The notes under the pieces are model-generated. The model was given only the letters and a program-made list of their open reading frames with translations, was not told the DNA's origin and did not search any database. A stretch of 64,000 nt of DNA. Source: Fidelibacterota bacterium (GTDB taxonomy: Bacteria; Fidelibacterota; SORT01). Shown here piece after piece: positions 47,487 to 58,036 of this stretch. The translations under genes were made by a program, and so were the position numbers. The stretch lies in the NCBI GenBank assembly GCA_022573815.1, contig JACZTG010000001.1, positions 859-64,858 of the forward strand, in the 5' to 3' direction. Position 1 is the stretch's first letter; the number at the start of each line of letters is the position of its first letter.

Positions 47487-48674
47487 ATGGAAGACAAAAA
47501 ATTAAATTCGGATGAAAGAAAAACAATGGCTTTTGCGTCAACGGCGCATGCTCTTGTCCATTCGTTTATGCTTATATTTCCGGCTGTAATGCTTCCCGTT
47601 ATGAAAGAGTTTGACTTAACGAGTACCGATGCGGGATTTCTTGTTACGTTTTCATACCTGATGTTCGGGCTCGGAGCGATTCCGGCGGGATGGCTCACCG
47701 ATCATTTCGGTTCAAGAGGATTAATCGTGATATGTCTAATCGGCTCCGGCTTATCCTCAATTTTCATTGGAACGTCAGAGGATTATTTTCAGCTTGCCGC
47801 AGGACTGCTCTCTCTCGGCGCGTTCACAAGTATTTATCACCCGGCAGGTCTTGCATTGATATCAAGGAGAATTAGAAACAGACCTCGCGCTCTCGGGTAT
47901 CACGGAATATTCGGCAATTTAGGTTTAGCGGGAGCCCCTTTCGCAGCGGGAATTATTTCGAGTATCGGTCAATGGCGCGACGCCTATCTTCTGTTTGGTA
48001 TTATTTCTATAGTCGCAGCATCATATTTTCTTATTCGACCTGTCTCCGAACGCAAGATAGACGACAGTGGCGAAAACAGAGGCGAAGTTAAAACCAAGTT
48101 CCGCGAGGTAATCATATTATTTATGACAACTGTGATATTCGGGTTTATCTATCGCGGCGCATTGACGTTTATGCCGTATCTGTTTACCCATAACGTAACA
48201 CAGTGGACAGCTGTTGACCCTATCGTTATCGGAGGAAGTGTAACGGCGGCAGCGCTTCTTGTTGGTATATTCGGTCAATGGTTCGGAGGCAGGGTGGCGG
48301 AGAAATATTCGCTGACCTTCATTTTGACAATAATCTGGGCGGCGCTTATTCCGGCGCTCCTGCTAATGGGAACATTTGAACAATACCTGCTCATTGGTAC
48401 CGCATTCATATTCACAATATTCATATTCGCTTCCCAGCCTGTGGGGAATACGCTGCTTGCGACATACATCGCAATGAAAAGCAAAGGAATGGGTTACGGA
48501 TTGAACATAGCCATAGGTTTCGGAATCGGTTCTTTTGCTGCTCCCGTCTGCGGCTACATCGCGGAGAAGACTTCAGCAGGGGGAGTATTTATTTTCTTAG
48601 GTCTGCTTGCTCCTATAGGATTGGGATTGTCGCTATGGCTTAACCGGATTGAAAGAAAAAAATTGGTTGCCTGA
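47487..48674 (+). CDS. MFS transporter
   Basis: About 12 hydrophobic segments, GWLTDHFGSR motif A, YHPAG. Confidence 0.9.
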   Translation: MEDKKLNSDERKTMAFASTAHALVHSFMLIFPAVMLPVMKEFDLTSTDAGFLVTFSYLMFGLGAIPAGWLTDHFGSRGLIVICLIGSGLSSIFIGTSEDYFQLAAGLLSLGAFTSIYHPAGLALISRRIRNRPRALGYHGIFGNLGLAGAPFAAGIISSIGQWRDAYLLFGIISIVAASYFLIRPVSERKIDDSGENRGEVKTKFREVIILFMTTVIFGFIYRGALTFMPYLFTHNVTQWTAVDPIVIGGSVTAAALLVGIFGQWFGGRVAEKYSLTFILTIIWAALIPALLLMGTFEQYLLIGTAFIFTIFIFASQPVGNTLLATYIAMKSKGMGYGLNIAIGFGIGSFAAPVCGYIAEKTSAGGVFIFLGLLAPIGLGLSLWLNRIERKKLVA

Positions 48675-48734
48675 TAACGAACTTTCGCGAAGTAGGGAAG
48701 TTATTCGCAGATGCTGAAACAAGAATTTCCACTA

Positions 48735-48763
48735 TTGACTAATCTTATGAATATCAATATCTT
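48735..48763 (+). promoter_or_regulatory. Putative sigma70 promoter of selA-selB-mutS
   Basis: TTGACT-17 nt-TATCTT. Confidence 0.6.
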
Positions 48764-48793
48764 TATTAGCTGTTATATAGTGTTTGTTATCAT

Positions 48794-50209
48794 ATGAATA
48801 GTAAAGACATCATTCAAAACAATTTGAAAAATCTTCCGTCGGTTGACTTGGTTTTGTCTCAGCAGGTACTTGCCGGACTTAAACTGCCCCACGAATTGAT
48901 ATTATCGGAAATTCAACGGCTGATAGCGGTTGAACGTGATAAGATGATGGATGATGGAGAAACGATTGAAGCAACAAAGGAATCATTGGCGAAAGAGCTA
49001 GCCGCAGAAGCTTCCAAGACACTTCGCAGAAATTATCTGCCGAGCCTTCGAAAGGTCATCAATGCCACCGGAGTTATCCTGCATACCAATTTAGGAAGGG
49101 CGCCCCTGTCTAAGAGCGTTGCGAAACGTGTGAGCGAAATTGCAGGAGGTTACACTAATCTTGAAATAGACCTCGAAAGCGGGAAACGTTCGGACCGGAC
49201 GCTGCATATTGAGCGATTACTCACATCGCTCACAGGTGGAGAATCCGCGGCTATAGTGAATAATAATGCTGCGGCTGTATTGCTTTCTATAAACTCTTTA
49301 GCGTATAAAAAAGAATGTATAGTCTCACGCGGTCAGCTGGTGGAGATTGGCGGGTCGTTCCGAATGCCTGATGTAATGGAGAGAGCCGGAACCCGAATGA
49401 TAGAGGTAGGCACCACAAATCGTACTCATCTGAAAGATTTCAAGAATGCTGTAAATGACGAGACAGGCGCCATTATCTTGGTTCATACAAGCAATTATAA
49501 GATAACAGGTTTTACCAATTTCCCGAGTCATTCGGAAATTGTCAATATAGCGCACGAGAATTCGATTCCGGTTATATACGATCTGGGAAGCGGCGCATTA
49601 ACGGATTTAAGCAGTTTCGGCCTGCCTCCGGAGGAACTCGTTTCTTCAGTTCTTAAATCGGGAGTGGATGTTGTTACATTCTCAGGCGATAAATTGCTTG
49701 GAGGACCGCAGGCGGGACTTTTGGTCGGCTCCACGAATGTGATAAAGAAGTGTAAAGAAAATCCGATGATGCGAGTCCTTCGATGTGATAAAATCACGCT
49801 TACCGCAATGGAAGAAACTCTGAAACTATTTGCCGACACGGAATCATTATCGGATAATCACGCAGTCTATTCACTTTTTTCTAAGACTATAGAAGCCTTA
49901 ACCGGAAGAGCGGAGAAAATTGTCGCTGATTCAGAAGGAAAAATTGACGAAGAATATACTTTGGAAATCGTCAGCGTTACGGGAGAAGCGGGCAGCGGCT
50001 CGCTTCCTGTTGCGGAGCTTCCAAGCATGGCAATCAGAATTCAATCCGAATCTAAAAGTATGAATAAAACTGCCCATAATTTCAGATCACTTGCTGTTCC
50101 CGTCATCGGTTACATCAAGGAGAACGCATTTTATCTTGATATGAGAACTCTGCTTGAAGAAGATATTGACTTACTTTCCAAATCAATAAAAGAGGTTTTG
50201 GGTAAATAA
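48794..50209 (+). CDS. selA: L-seryl-tRNA(Sec) selenium transferase
   Basis: [49 protein letters not shown] site [13 protein letters not shown]. Confidence 0.97.
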   Translation: MNSKDIIQNNLKNLPSVDLVLSQQVLAGLKLPHELILSEIQRLIAVERDKMMDDGETIEATKESLAKELAAEASKTLRRNYLPSLRKVINATGVILHTNLGRAPLSKSVAKRVSEIAGGYTNLEIDLESGKRSDRTLHIERLLTSLTGGESAAIVNNNAAAVLLSINSLAYKKECIVSRGQLVEIGGSFRMPDVMERAGTRMIEVGTTNRTHLKDFKNAVNDETGAIILVHTSNYKITGFTNFPSHSEIVNIAHENSIPVIYDLGSGALTDLSSFGLPPEELVSSVLKSGVDVVTFSGDKLLGGPQAGLLVGSTNVIKKCKENPMMRVLRCDKITLTAMEETLKLFADTESLSDNHAVYSLFSKTIEALTGRAEKIVADSEGKIDEEYTLEIVSVTGEAGSGSLPVAELPSMAIRIQSESKSMNKTAHNFRSLAVPVIGYIKENAFYLDMRTLLEEDIDLLSKSIKEVLGK

Positions 50210-52089
50210 TGAGCCACATTGTAATTGGAACAGCAGGACACATAGACCACGGTAAGACGGCGTTGGTCAAAGCGCTCACCGGAACCGATACCGACAGGCT
50301 TCCCGAAGAAAAATCCCGCGGCGTGACGATAGATATCGGGTTTGCGTTTCTTGGCGATAATATTACAATAATTGACGTGCCGGGGCATGAACGATTCATT
50401 AAGAATATGGTTACGGGAATCTCGTCAATTTCATATGTGATTTTAGTGATTGCGGCGGATGATGGAGTTATGCCGCAGACTCGAGAACACTTGGATATAC
50501 TTGATATTTTAGGTGTAAAAGATGGGTGCGTTGTACTGAATAAAACCGATCTTGTGAAGCCCGATTGGCTTGAATTAGTGGAAGCAGACGTGAAAAAACT
50601 TCTGAGAGGGACATTTCTTGAAAATGCAATGATATTAAAAGCGTCATCTGTAAATGGCAACGGCATAGAGGATATTAAGAAACACTTAAAGGACATTATA
50701 TCTAATAAAAGGGATAATATTGATAGAGGCTACTTCCGTTTACCGGTCGATCGCGCTTTTTCAGTTAAAGGATTCGGAACGGTTGTGACAGGAACGGTCA
50801 TATCCGGTTCAGTGAAAAAGGGTGACCTGCTCGATGCGCTCCCCGGCGGCTTAGAAGTGAAAGTACGCGGCATTCAAAAACATAATCGTGACGCAGAATC
50901 AGCCGAGATCGGAGAGAGAGCTGCGCTCAATCTTTCAGGTGTCAACCTGACCGAAGTGGGAAGGGGTCACCATCTGTCAGAAAAAGGATATTTGCGTTCT
51001 ACATCACTCTTGGAAGCAAATATTGAACTCCTTAAAAACGCTCCTAAAAAGTTAAGTAATCGGACTCGAGTGCGCTTGCATCTTGGAACCGGAGAAGTGA
51101 TGGGCAGGCTGTCAATTTTTGGCGGAAAAGATATTGAGCCGGGCGAGAGCGGATTGGTTCAAATATTCCTCGAAAAGGAATCGGCTGTCGCTGTGGCAGA
51201 CAAATTCATTATGAGAAGGTATTCGCCTTCTTTAACAATCGGCGGTGGAAAGGTTCTTCAAATCTCCAACAAAAGGTATAAGAGAAATGATGAACATATT
51301 CAGAATATTCTGTCTCAGTTAAATGAAGGGGACGAACTGAAGTCCGCAGAGCTTATCGCAAGGGAATGCCGCCAAAGCGGAATCAACGCAAAAGAGCTGG
51401 GAATAAAATTGGGCGTTTCCTCAACTCTTGGGTTGAGCTTACTAAAAGATCTGTCGAAATCGGGAAAGTTGGTGGTTTTGGAGAATGAATCAAAAGAGAG
51501 ATATTATTCTCCTGAAATGCTTGATGATCTGAAAGACCGATTAAGTGAGCAAATTGATTCATTATTCAAGAAAAATCCGTTATCGGGCGGTATAAAGAGC
51601 GTTGAGATAAAAGAACAGTTGGCATTACCAAACAAAGTGTTCGAGCATATCGTTGGACAGCTTATAAGTGAAAATAAAATTGCGAAAAGTGGTGATCTGA
51701 TTTCGAGAGTAGAAAATGGTGATGAAAAATCTGATAAAGAAACCGAAGAATTAGAAAAAGTCTTAATGTCGCGCAGCTACAATGCGTTCACTACGGAAGA
51801 ACTGTCCGAGAAAATAGATAGAGATAAAAAAGAGACTTTTCAGCTGGTCAAACGGCTTATATCTAACGGAAAAGCGATCAGACTTGACGGTGATTATTTC
51901 CTTCATACAGACCTTCTTGAGAATCTCAAAGAGAAAGTTGACAAACACTTTGAAGATAACGATGAACTAACAGTGTCTGACCTGAAACAACTAGCTGATG
52001 TATCAAGGAAATTCGCTATTCCGCTGTTGCTCTGGTTAGATGACAACGAGGTAACCCGACGCGATGGAAATATAAGGATAAAAGCCTGA
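50209..52089 (+). CDS. selB: Selenocysteine-specific elongation factor
   Basis: [27 protein letters not shown]-terminal winged helix [12 protein letters not shown]...TRRDG; TAATG coupling to selA. Confidence 0.97.
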   Translation: MSHIVIGTAGHIDHGKTALVKALTGTDTDRLPEEKSRGVTIDIGFAFLGDNITIIDVPGHERFIKNMVTGISSISYVILVIAADDGVMPQTREHLDILDILGVKDGCVVLNKTDLVKPDWLELVEADVKKLLRGTFLENAMILKASSVNGNGIEDIKKHLKDIISNKRDNIDRGYFRLPVDRAFSVKGFGTVVTGTVISGSVKKGDLLDALPGGLEVKVRGIQKHNRDAESAEIGERAALNLSGVNLTEVGRGHHLSEKGYLRSTSLLEANIELLKNAPKKLSNRTRVRLHLGTGEVMGRLSIFGGKDIEPGESGLVQIFLEKESAVAVADKFIMRRYSPSLTIGGGKVLQISNKRYKRNDEHIQNILSQLNEGDELKSAELIARECRQSGINAKELGIKLGVSSTLGLSLLKDLSKSGKLVVLENESKERYYSPEMLDDLKDRLSEQIDSLFKKNPLSGGIKSVEIKEQLALPNKVFEHIVGQLISENKIAKSGDLISRVENGDEKSDKETEELEKVLMSRSYNAFTTEELSEKIDRDKKETFQLVKRLISNGKAIRLDGDYFLHTDLLENLKEKVDKHFEDNDELTVSDLKQLADVSRKFAIPLLLWLDDNEVTRRDGNIRIKA

Positions 52090-52090
52090 T

Positions 52091-54700
52091 ATGACATCGA
52101 ATATAATTGCTGAATCTACGCCTCTAATGCGGCAATATTCGAAAATCAAAGCCGCACACCCGGATTCCATCCTTCTCTACAGGATGGGGGATTTCTACGA
52201 GACATTTGAAGAAGACGCAAAAATCACCGCAAAGGTGTTGGGAATTACGCTTACCGCCCGCGCCAACGGTAAAGCCGGAAAGGTTGCTCTCGCCGGATTC
52301 CCATGGCACTCGCTTGATTCACATCTGTACAAATTGATTAATAGCGGTTACAAAGTGGCGATTTGTGAACAGGTGGAAGACCCGGCTGCTGCTAAGGGGA
52401 TAGTAAAAAGAGAAGTGGTGGAAGTAGTTACTCCCGGTTCCGCCGTTTCTGATAAGATGCTTGATGAAGGAAGAAATAATTATATTGCGGCTGTCACTAT
52501 AATGGAAAACGAGGTAGGGCTCGCATGGGCAGACGCTTCCACAGGTGCGTTTAAGGTTTGTGAGCTGGACTTGATGTCTTTGAAAGAAAAACTCCGGGCT
52601 ATCGAACCTTCGGAGATTTTAATCCAGGATTCTGTGGAGGACGATAAAGATGAGTTTCTTCCTGAGTCGCGAAGAGCTATGGTTTCCACGGTGGAAGATT
52701 GGGTATTCTCCTACGATTACGGCTATGAACTGCTGACAGGGCATTTTAATACTAAAAATCTGAAAGGCTACGGAATTGAATCTTTGCGTCTTGGGGTTCA
52801 AAGCGCCGGCGCTCTGCTGCACTATCTTGATCTGAATCATAAAGAAAGCTTACGGCATTTCACTACTATCTCCCTTCACAGTGATGATATGTACATGGGA
52901 CTTGACCAAACGACAGTTCGAAATTTAGAAATGTTCGAACCGTTGATGCAGGGAATTGAGCGCAGTTGTCTGCTTGACGTGTTAAACAGGACTAAAACAG
53001 CAATGGGCTCTCGATTGTTGCGAAGCTGGCTTCGGAATCCGCTTTCGCAAGCAGATGAAATTGATAAACGGTTAAACGTGATTGAAGCATTTTTTTCAGG
53101 AGGCGGCAAGCGGGAAGAGGTAAGAACCCTTTTAGGAAATATGAATGATATTGAGCGGTTGCTGTCGAGATTATCCTCAGGAAGGGCAATTCCCCGAGAC
53201 CTTTACGGTCTGAGGGTCAGCCTTGAATTGCTGCCTTCATTCAAAAAGCTGTTAGGAGAATTTAATAATGATTCAATAAATAAAATAGCAGCCGAATTTA
53301 CAGATATGGATCCCATCACAAATCTTATCAAAGAATCCCTGCGGGATGATCCGCCGGCATCGAAAACTGATGGGGGATATATAAAAGAGGGTTTTAATTC
53401 TGAACTTGACGACCTGCGTAAAATTTCTTCTTCAGGAAAAGACTGGATAGCCTCTATGCAGGAAAAAGAACGGGTGCGGCTCGGAATCCCGTCCTTGAAA
53501 GTCGGTTATAATAAAATTTTCGGTTATTTTCTCGAAGTGACTAAACCGCATGTTCATAAAGTTCCGGAAGATTTTATCCGAAAACAAACTCTCGTGAATT
53601 CCGAACGGTATATAACTCCCGACTTAAAGGAGTATGAAGAGAAAGTGTTGGGCGCGGAAGAGAAAATAAAGGCGTTGGAGCTGAAATTATTTGATGAAGT
53701 ACGCGATAAAGTTTTAGGGTACGCCGGTGAAATCCAATGGAATGCCGATGTTATAGCCCGCTTGGATGTTCTTTCCTCGTTGGGACTCATAGCGGAGAGT
53801 GAAAATTGGGTTCGCCCTGTTCTTGATGATTCTCTACGAATCGTTATCAAGGACGGGAGACATCCGGTAGTGGAATATTTAATGCCTCCGGGCGAATCGT
53901 TCATACCAAACGATCTCGAAATAGATAACAGTGAGCGACAAATTCTTATTGTGACAGGTCCTAATATGGCAGGGAAGTCCACTTATCTCAGGCAGATAGC
54001 GGTGATAATTCTAATGGCGCAAATGGGAAGTTTTGTGCCCGCAAGCGAAGCGAAAATCGGAATGGTAGATAAGCTCTTCACACGGGTGGGAGCATCGGAT
54101 AATTTAGCGGGCGGGGAGAGCACATTTCTTGTTGAGATGAACGAAACGGCAAATATATTGAATAACGCCACCGTTCGCAGCCTTATCCTGCTGGACGAAA
54201 TTGGACGAGGCACAAGCACTTATGACGGATTATCCATTGCCTGGGCTGTGACAGAATATCTTCATAACAATTCTTCTGTAGCGGCTAAAACCATATTCGC
54301 TACACACTATCACGAACTTGCCGAGCTTGAGGAACTGCTTCCGAGGGTATTCAATCTAAACGTTGCGGTAAAGGAATATGGAGACAAGATAGTGTTTCTG
54401 CGGAAAATAATTGAAGGCAGCGCCGACCACAGCTACGGTATTCAGGTGGCTCAGCTGGCGGGACTGCCGCAGACAGTTATCGAACGGGCAAAAGAAGTAT
54501 TGTGGTCGCTTGAGACTCAATATACCACTCTCCAAAGAAAGCGGGTAAAAAAAGAGGATGTTTCAAAATATCAAATTGGTATATTCGATGAGAAGGAAGC
54601 GAAGTTCAAAGCCGAGTTGAAAGCTGTGGATATTGATAATATGACACCATTGGAAGCGATGGCAAAACTAAATGATTTGAAAAAGAAATGGGGATTATGA
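52091..54700 (+). CDS. mutS: DNA mismatch repair protein MutS
   Basis: TPLMRQY, RMGDFYE, TGPNMAGKST, DEIGRGTST, ATHYHEL, SYGIQVA. Confidence 0.98.
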   Translation: MTSNIIAESTPLMRQYSKIKAAHPDSILLYRMGDFYETFEEDAKITAKVLGITLTARANGKAGKVALAGFPWHSLDSHLYKLINSGYKVAICEQVEDPAAAKGIVKREVVEVVTPGSAVSDKMLDEGRNNYIAAVTIMENEVGLAWADASTGAFKVCELDLMSLKEKLRAIEPSEILIQDSVEDDKDEFLPESRRAMVSTVEDWVFSYDYGYELLTGHFNTKNLKGYGIESLRLGVQSAGALLHYLDLNHKESLRHFTTISLHSDDMYMGLDQTTVRNLEMFEPLMQGIERSCLLDVLNRTKTAMGSRLLRSWLRNPLSQADEIDKRLNVIEAFFSGGGKREEVRTLLGNMNDIERLLSRLSSGRAIPRDLYGLRVSLELLPSFKKLLGEFNNDSINKIAAEFTDMDPITNLIKESLRDDPPASKTDGGYIKEGFNSELDDLRKISSSGKDWIASMQEKERVRLGIPSLKVGYNKIFGYFLEVTKPHVHKVPEDFIRKQTLVNSERYITPDLKEYEEKVLGAEEKIKALELKLFDEVRDKVLGYAGEIQWNADVIARLDVLSSLGLIAESENWVRPVLDDSLRIVIKDGRHPVVEYLMPPGESFIPNDLEIDNSERQILIVTGPNMAGKSTYLRQIAVIILMAQMGSFVPASEAKIGMVDKLFTRVGASDNLAGGESTFLVEMNETANILNNATVRSLILLDEIGRGTSTYDGLSIAWAVTEYLHNNSSVAAKTIFATHYHELAELEELLPRVFNLNVAVKEYGDKIVFLRKIIEGSADHSYGIQVAQLAGLPQTVIERAKEVLWSLETQYTTLQRKRVKKEDVSKYQIGIFDEKEAKFKAELKAVDIDNMTPLEAMAKLNDLKKKWGL

Positions 54701-54737
54701 TATTATCAGGGAACCGTTTACGAGTTAAATCGTAAAA

Positions 54738-55832
54738 ATGGCATCAGGTATGTATTTGAAATTTAAAAATATAACTCCAATTGTATTAACATTAATTATT
54801 TTGTCGATACCAACTTCGGCAATACCGCAGAGCGTAGCAAAATATGCGGGAGAGTTCATTTCAACTGGTGTGGGAGCGCGCGCTCTCGGTATGGGAGGCG
54901 CATTCGTTAGCGTTGTGGACGATGTGACGGCGGGATATTGGAATGCTGCCGGTCTTTCAGAGATTAGATATCAACAAGCGGCAGCAATGCATTCGGAGCG
55001 GTTTGCGGGAATCGTTACCTATGATTACGCAGCTTACGCCCGGCCTTATGGCAACGACAGAACAATCGGTTTCAGTATGATACGGCTCGGTGTTGACGGC
55101 ATTTCAAATACCACGAACGCACTTCTTGATTATGGTACAGACGGAATTCCCGGTACTGACGATCCTGACGGAACGGAGGGGAATGGCCAGTTAGATGAAG
55201 GAGAAAGGCTGAACGAGGATGCTATAACGAAGTTTGGAGATTCGGAATGGGCGTTCTATGTTTCGTATGGAAGGCAATTAACTTCCCGGTTTTCTTACGG
55301 TGGAAGTGTGAAGTTTATTAGAAAAGCATTTGCGAACCATTCAGCCAACGGTCTGGGATTTGACGTTGCCTTCAAATACCGCTTTCGCGATAATATCTTT
55401 ATTGGAGCAAATTTTCAGGATGTAACTACCACGCTTCTCGCATGGGATACAGGCACAAAAGAGCTAATTTCTCCCACTCTTCGTTCAGGAATATCTACCC
55501 GACTTGAAATCCCGTTTACAAACAGCGCATGGATAATGCCGGCTATTGAGATAGTTACGCGAACTGACGGAGACAGACCATACTCGGATGGGATTAGTCT
55601 GGGTTCGGCCTTTAGCTCGCTTACGTTTGGGGCGGAACTGCATCTGAACGACCGACTCGTGCTGCGAGCGGGCAGAGGCGAAGTAGAGCCGTTCAGCGCG
55701 GGAATGGGAATAAAAGTAAGAGGCGCCATGGTTGATTACTCATTCGGGTCTGTCGGCTCTCAGGAAAATCTCGGTGACACGCACCGTGTCTCATTGATGG
55801 TGGATTTCAACAGCAGTCTTTGGGTTCGATAA
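54738..55832 (+). CDS. PorV/PorQ-family outer-membrane beta-barrel
   Basis: Signal peptide, KYAGEF...GVGARALGMGGA, YWNAAG, THRVSL. Confidence 0.75.
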   Translation: MASGMYLKFKNITPIVLTLIILSIPTSAIPQSVAKYAGEFISTGVGARALGMGGAFVSVVDDVTAGYWNAAGLSEIRYQQAAAMHSERFAGIVTYDYAAYARPYGNDRTIGFSMIRLGVDGISNTTNALLDYGTDGIPGTDDPDGTEGNGQLDEGERLNEDAITKFGDSEWAFYVSYGRQLTSRFSYGGSVKFIRKAFANHSANGLGFDVAFKYRFRDNIFIGANFQDVTTTLLAWDTGTKELISPTLRSGISTRLEIPFTNSAWIMPAIEIVTRTDGDRPYSDGISLGSAFSSLTFGAELHLNDRLVLRAGRGEVEPFSAGMGIKVRGAMVDYSFGSVGSQENLGDTHRVSLMVDFNSSLWVR

Positions 55833-55946
55833 AACAAATCCGGAACTTATCCGAATCTTCTTCGTTAAGACTTGAATATTCGTCTCTGTTTGCATAGATT
55901 TATCATATTAATAATCAATTGGAATTTAATAATTCAGAGGATAATT

Positions 55947-57992
55947 ATGAAAAATTATAGAACAGCTCTGGCAGTGCTAATGTCGGTTATGGTACTGTTT
56001 ATCTCCTGCTCAAAAAGGGATTCAAACAACATGACTGAAAAGAAGTATTTCTTAGAAAAAGTCAGAAACGTTCTTGTAGTTCAGGCATACGCTGATGAAT
56101 TTAAGGAATTAAGTCTGAAAGAAAAAATGCTCGCATGGCATCTATATCGCTCTTCAATCGCGGGCAGAAATATCTATTATGACCAAAACCACAAATACGG
56201 ATTGAAGATCAGAAATATTCTTGAAGGAGTTATTGAAAATGGGGACGGTATTGATGAAAATCTGTATGCGAGCGTCTTGGAATACACTAAAATGTTCTGG
56301 ATAAATAATGGACAGTATGATAATCTCACAGCAAAAAAGTTTGTTCCTAATTTCAACTATCTGGACTTTTCCAAAGCAGTGAATAGCGCAATGATCAATG
56401 GAGCTGATTTTGGTCTTGGTGAAAATGATAATATCGATGAGGTTTTAAGACACCTCAGACCGTATATTTTTGATAGTGATTTCGAATCGGTCAAAACGAA
56501 TAAAAGCCCGCCGGAAGGGAAAGATATGCTTGAAGCCAGCGCTGTTAATTTCTATGATGGCGTTACTTTGGCTGACTTAGAAGGCTTCGAGGAAATTAAT
56601 CCGCTGAACTCCAAAGTAGTAGTACAGGAAGGGAAATTAAAGGAGCTTGTTTACAGGGCAGGCGGTGATGGAATCGAACCCGGCTTATACGCAGAAGAAC
56701 TCGGTTTGGCGGCGAAAGAACTTGAGGAGGCGGCTGAATACGCTGATCCGGGACAGGCAAATGTCTTGAGGCTTCTGGCTAAATATTTCCGCACAGGAGA
56801 TCTTAAAGACTTCCAGACATATAACATCGCATGGGTGCAGGATAGTTCGTTCTTTGATATTATCAATGGATTTATCGAAGTATATGACGATCCGCGCGCG
56901 CAAAAGGGTTCTTATGAGGCGGTGCTTGAAATGATTGACACTGAAAATTCAAAGCTTATGAAACAATTTGCAAGCAACGCTTTGTATTTCGAAAATAAAG
57001 CTCCCTGGCCCGATGAATATAAAAGGAAGGAAATAAATCCACCGCTGGCTAATGTAATGACAATATTGGTGGAGACAGGAAACGCGGGACCGATTAGTCC
57101 CGGTGGAATTAACTTGCCTAACGAACAATTTATCAGACAGGAATACGGCTCAAAAAGTATATTGCTTGGGAATGTGGTCAAAGCCAGATTGGAAGCGGTG
57201 GCGGGTGAAGAAGTTGATGAATTTCTCTCTTCGGAAGTAGAAAAAGAGATATTAAAGAAATACAGCAATATTGAATACGACTTGAAAGTAGGCATGCATG
57301 AGGTAGTTGGACACGCTTCCGGGAAACAATCCGAATCGCTTGAGGGAGACCCTGCAGAGTATATAAAGGAGTATTACTCCACTCTTGAGGAAGCACGGGC
57401 TGACCTTGTGGCTCTTTGGAATTTCTTTGACGAAAAATTGGTGGAATTGGGTCTAACCCCATCAACGGAAGTTGGAAAGGCAGGCTACATTAAATACGCT
57501 ATGAGCGCTCTTACGCAGCATCGAACTGTTCCGAATGGCGACCAGTACGAGGAAGACCATGACCGGGGAACACAGATGATAGTAGAGTATATTAAAAGAA
57601 ATACGTCCGGTATTGAAGTGATAAAACGGGATGGAAAGACGTATTACAAGGTTGTGGATTTTGAAGAAATGCGCAGAGGTGTGGGTGAAATACTCTCTAA
57701 ATTGATGGTGATTAAGGCTACCGGCGATTATGAAGGAGCCAAAGCTCTGATAGAAGAGTACGGATTAAAGTTTGACACTGCGCTCAGGGATGAAGTTCTT
57801 GAGCGTTCCAGAGCTATTGGACTCACCGACTATACGGCAGTAGTATTCCCCCGACTGACGCCGGTTTACGATGCTGATGGAAATATTGAAGACATCTCAA
57901 TATCCTATCCAAAGGATCTGAAAACCCAGATGCTGGATTTCAAACACTTTTTTGATGAGGAAGAAGAGAAGGATGATGATCCGGTAATGTAG
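55947..57992 (+). CDS. Peptidase M49 (dipeptidyl peptidase III), lipoprotein
   Basis: HEVVGH, LEEARADL, GINLPN, INGFIEVY; lipobox FISC after ATG 55947. Confidence 0.9.
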   Translation: MKNYRTALAVLMSVMVLFISCSKRDSNNMTEKKYFLEKVRNVLVVQAYADEFKELSLKEKMLAWHLYRSSIAGRNIYYDQNHKYGLKIRNILEGVIENGDGIDENLYASVLEYTKMFWINNGQYDNLTAKKFVPNFNYLDFSKAVNSAMINGADFGLGENDNIDEVLRHLRPYIFDSDFESVKTNKSPPEGKDMLEASAVNFYDGVTLADLEGFEEINPLNSKVVVQEGKLKELVYRAGGDGIEPGLYAEELGLAAKELEEAAEYADPGQANVLRLLAKYFRTGDLKDFQTYNIAWVQDSSFFDIINGFIEVYDDPRAQKGSYEAVLEMIDTENSKLMKQFASNALYFENKAPWPDEYKRKEINPPLANVMTILVETGNAGPISPGGINLPNEQFIRQEYGSKSILLGNVVKARLEAVAGEEVDEFLSSEVEKEILKKYSNIEYDLKVGMHEVVGHASGKQSESLEGDPAEYIKEYYSTLEEARADLVALWNFFDEKLVELGLTPSTEVGKAGYIKYAMSALTQHRTVPNGDQYEEDHDRGTQMIVEYIKRNTSGIEVIKRDGKTYYKVVDFEEMRRGVGEILSKLMVIKATGDYEGAKALIEEYGLKFDTALRDEVLERSRAIGLTDYTAVVFPRLTPVYDADGNIEDISISYPKDLKTQMLDFKHFFDEEEEKDDDPVM

Positions 57993-58036
57993 AATCCGAT
58001 TTAATCAGATAATTCAGGTTATAGATTAAAGCCCGG

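Noticed and set aside
48675-48793. tRNA-Sec (selC) or SECIS-like leader upstream of selA
   Set aside because: No cloverleaf with a TCA anticodon is visible; only a weak hairpin and a promoter candidate.
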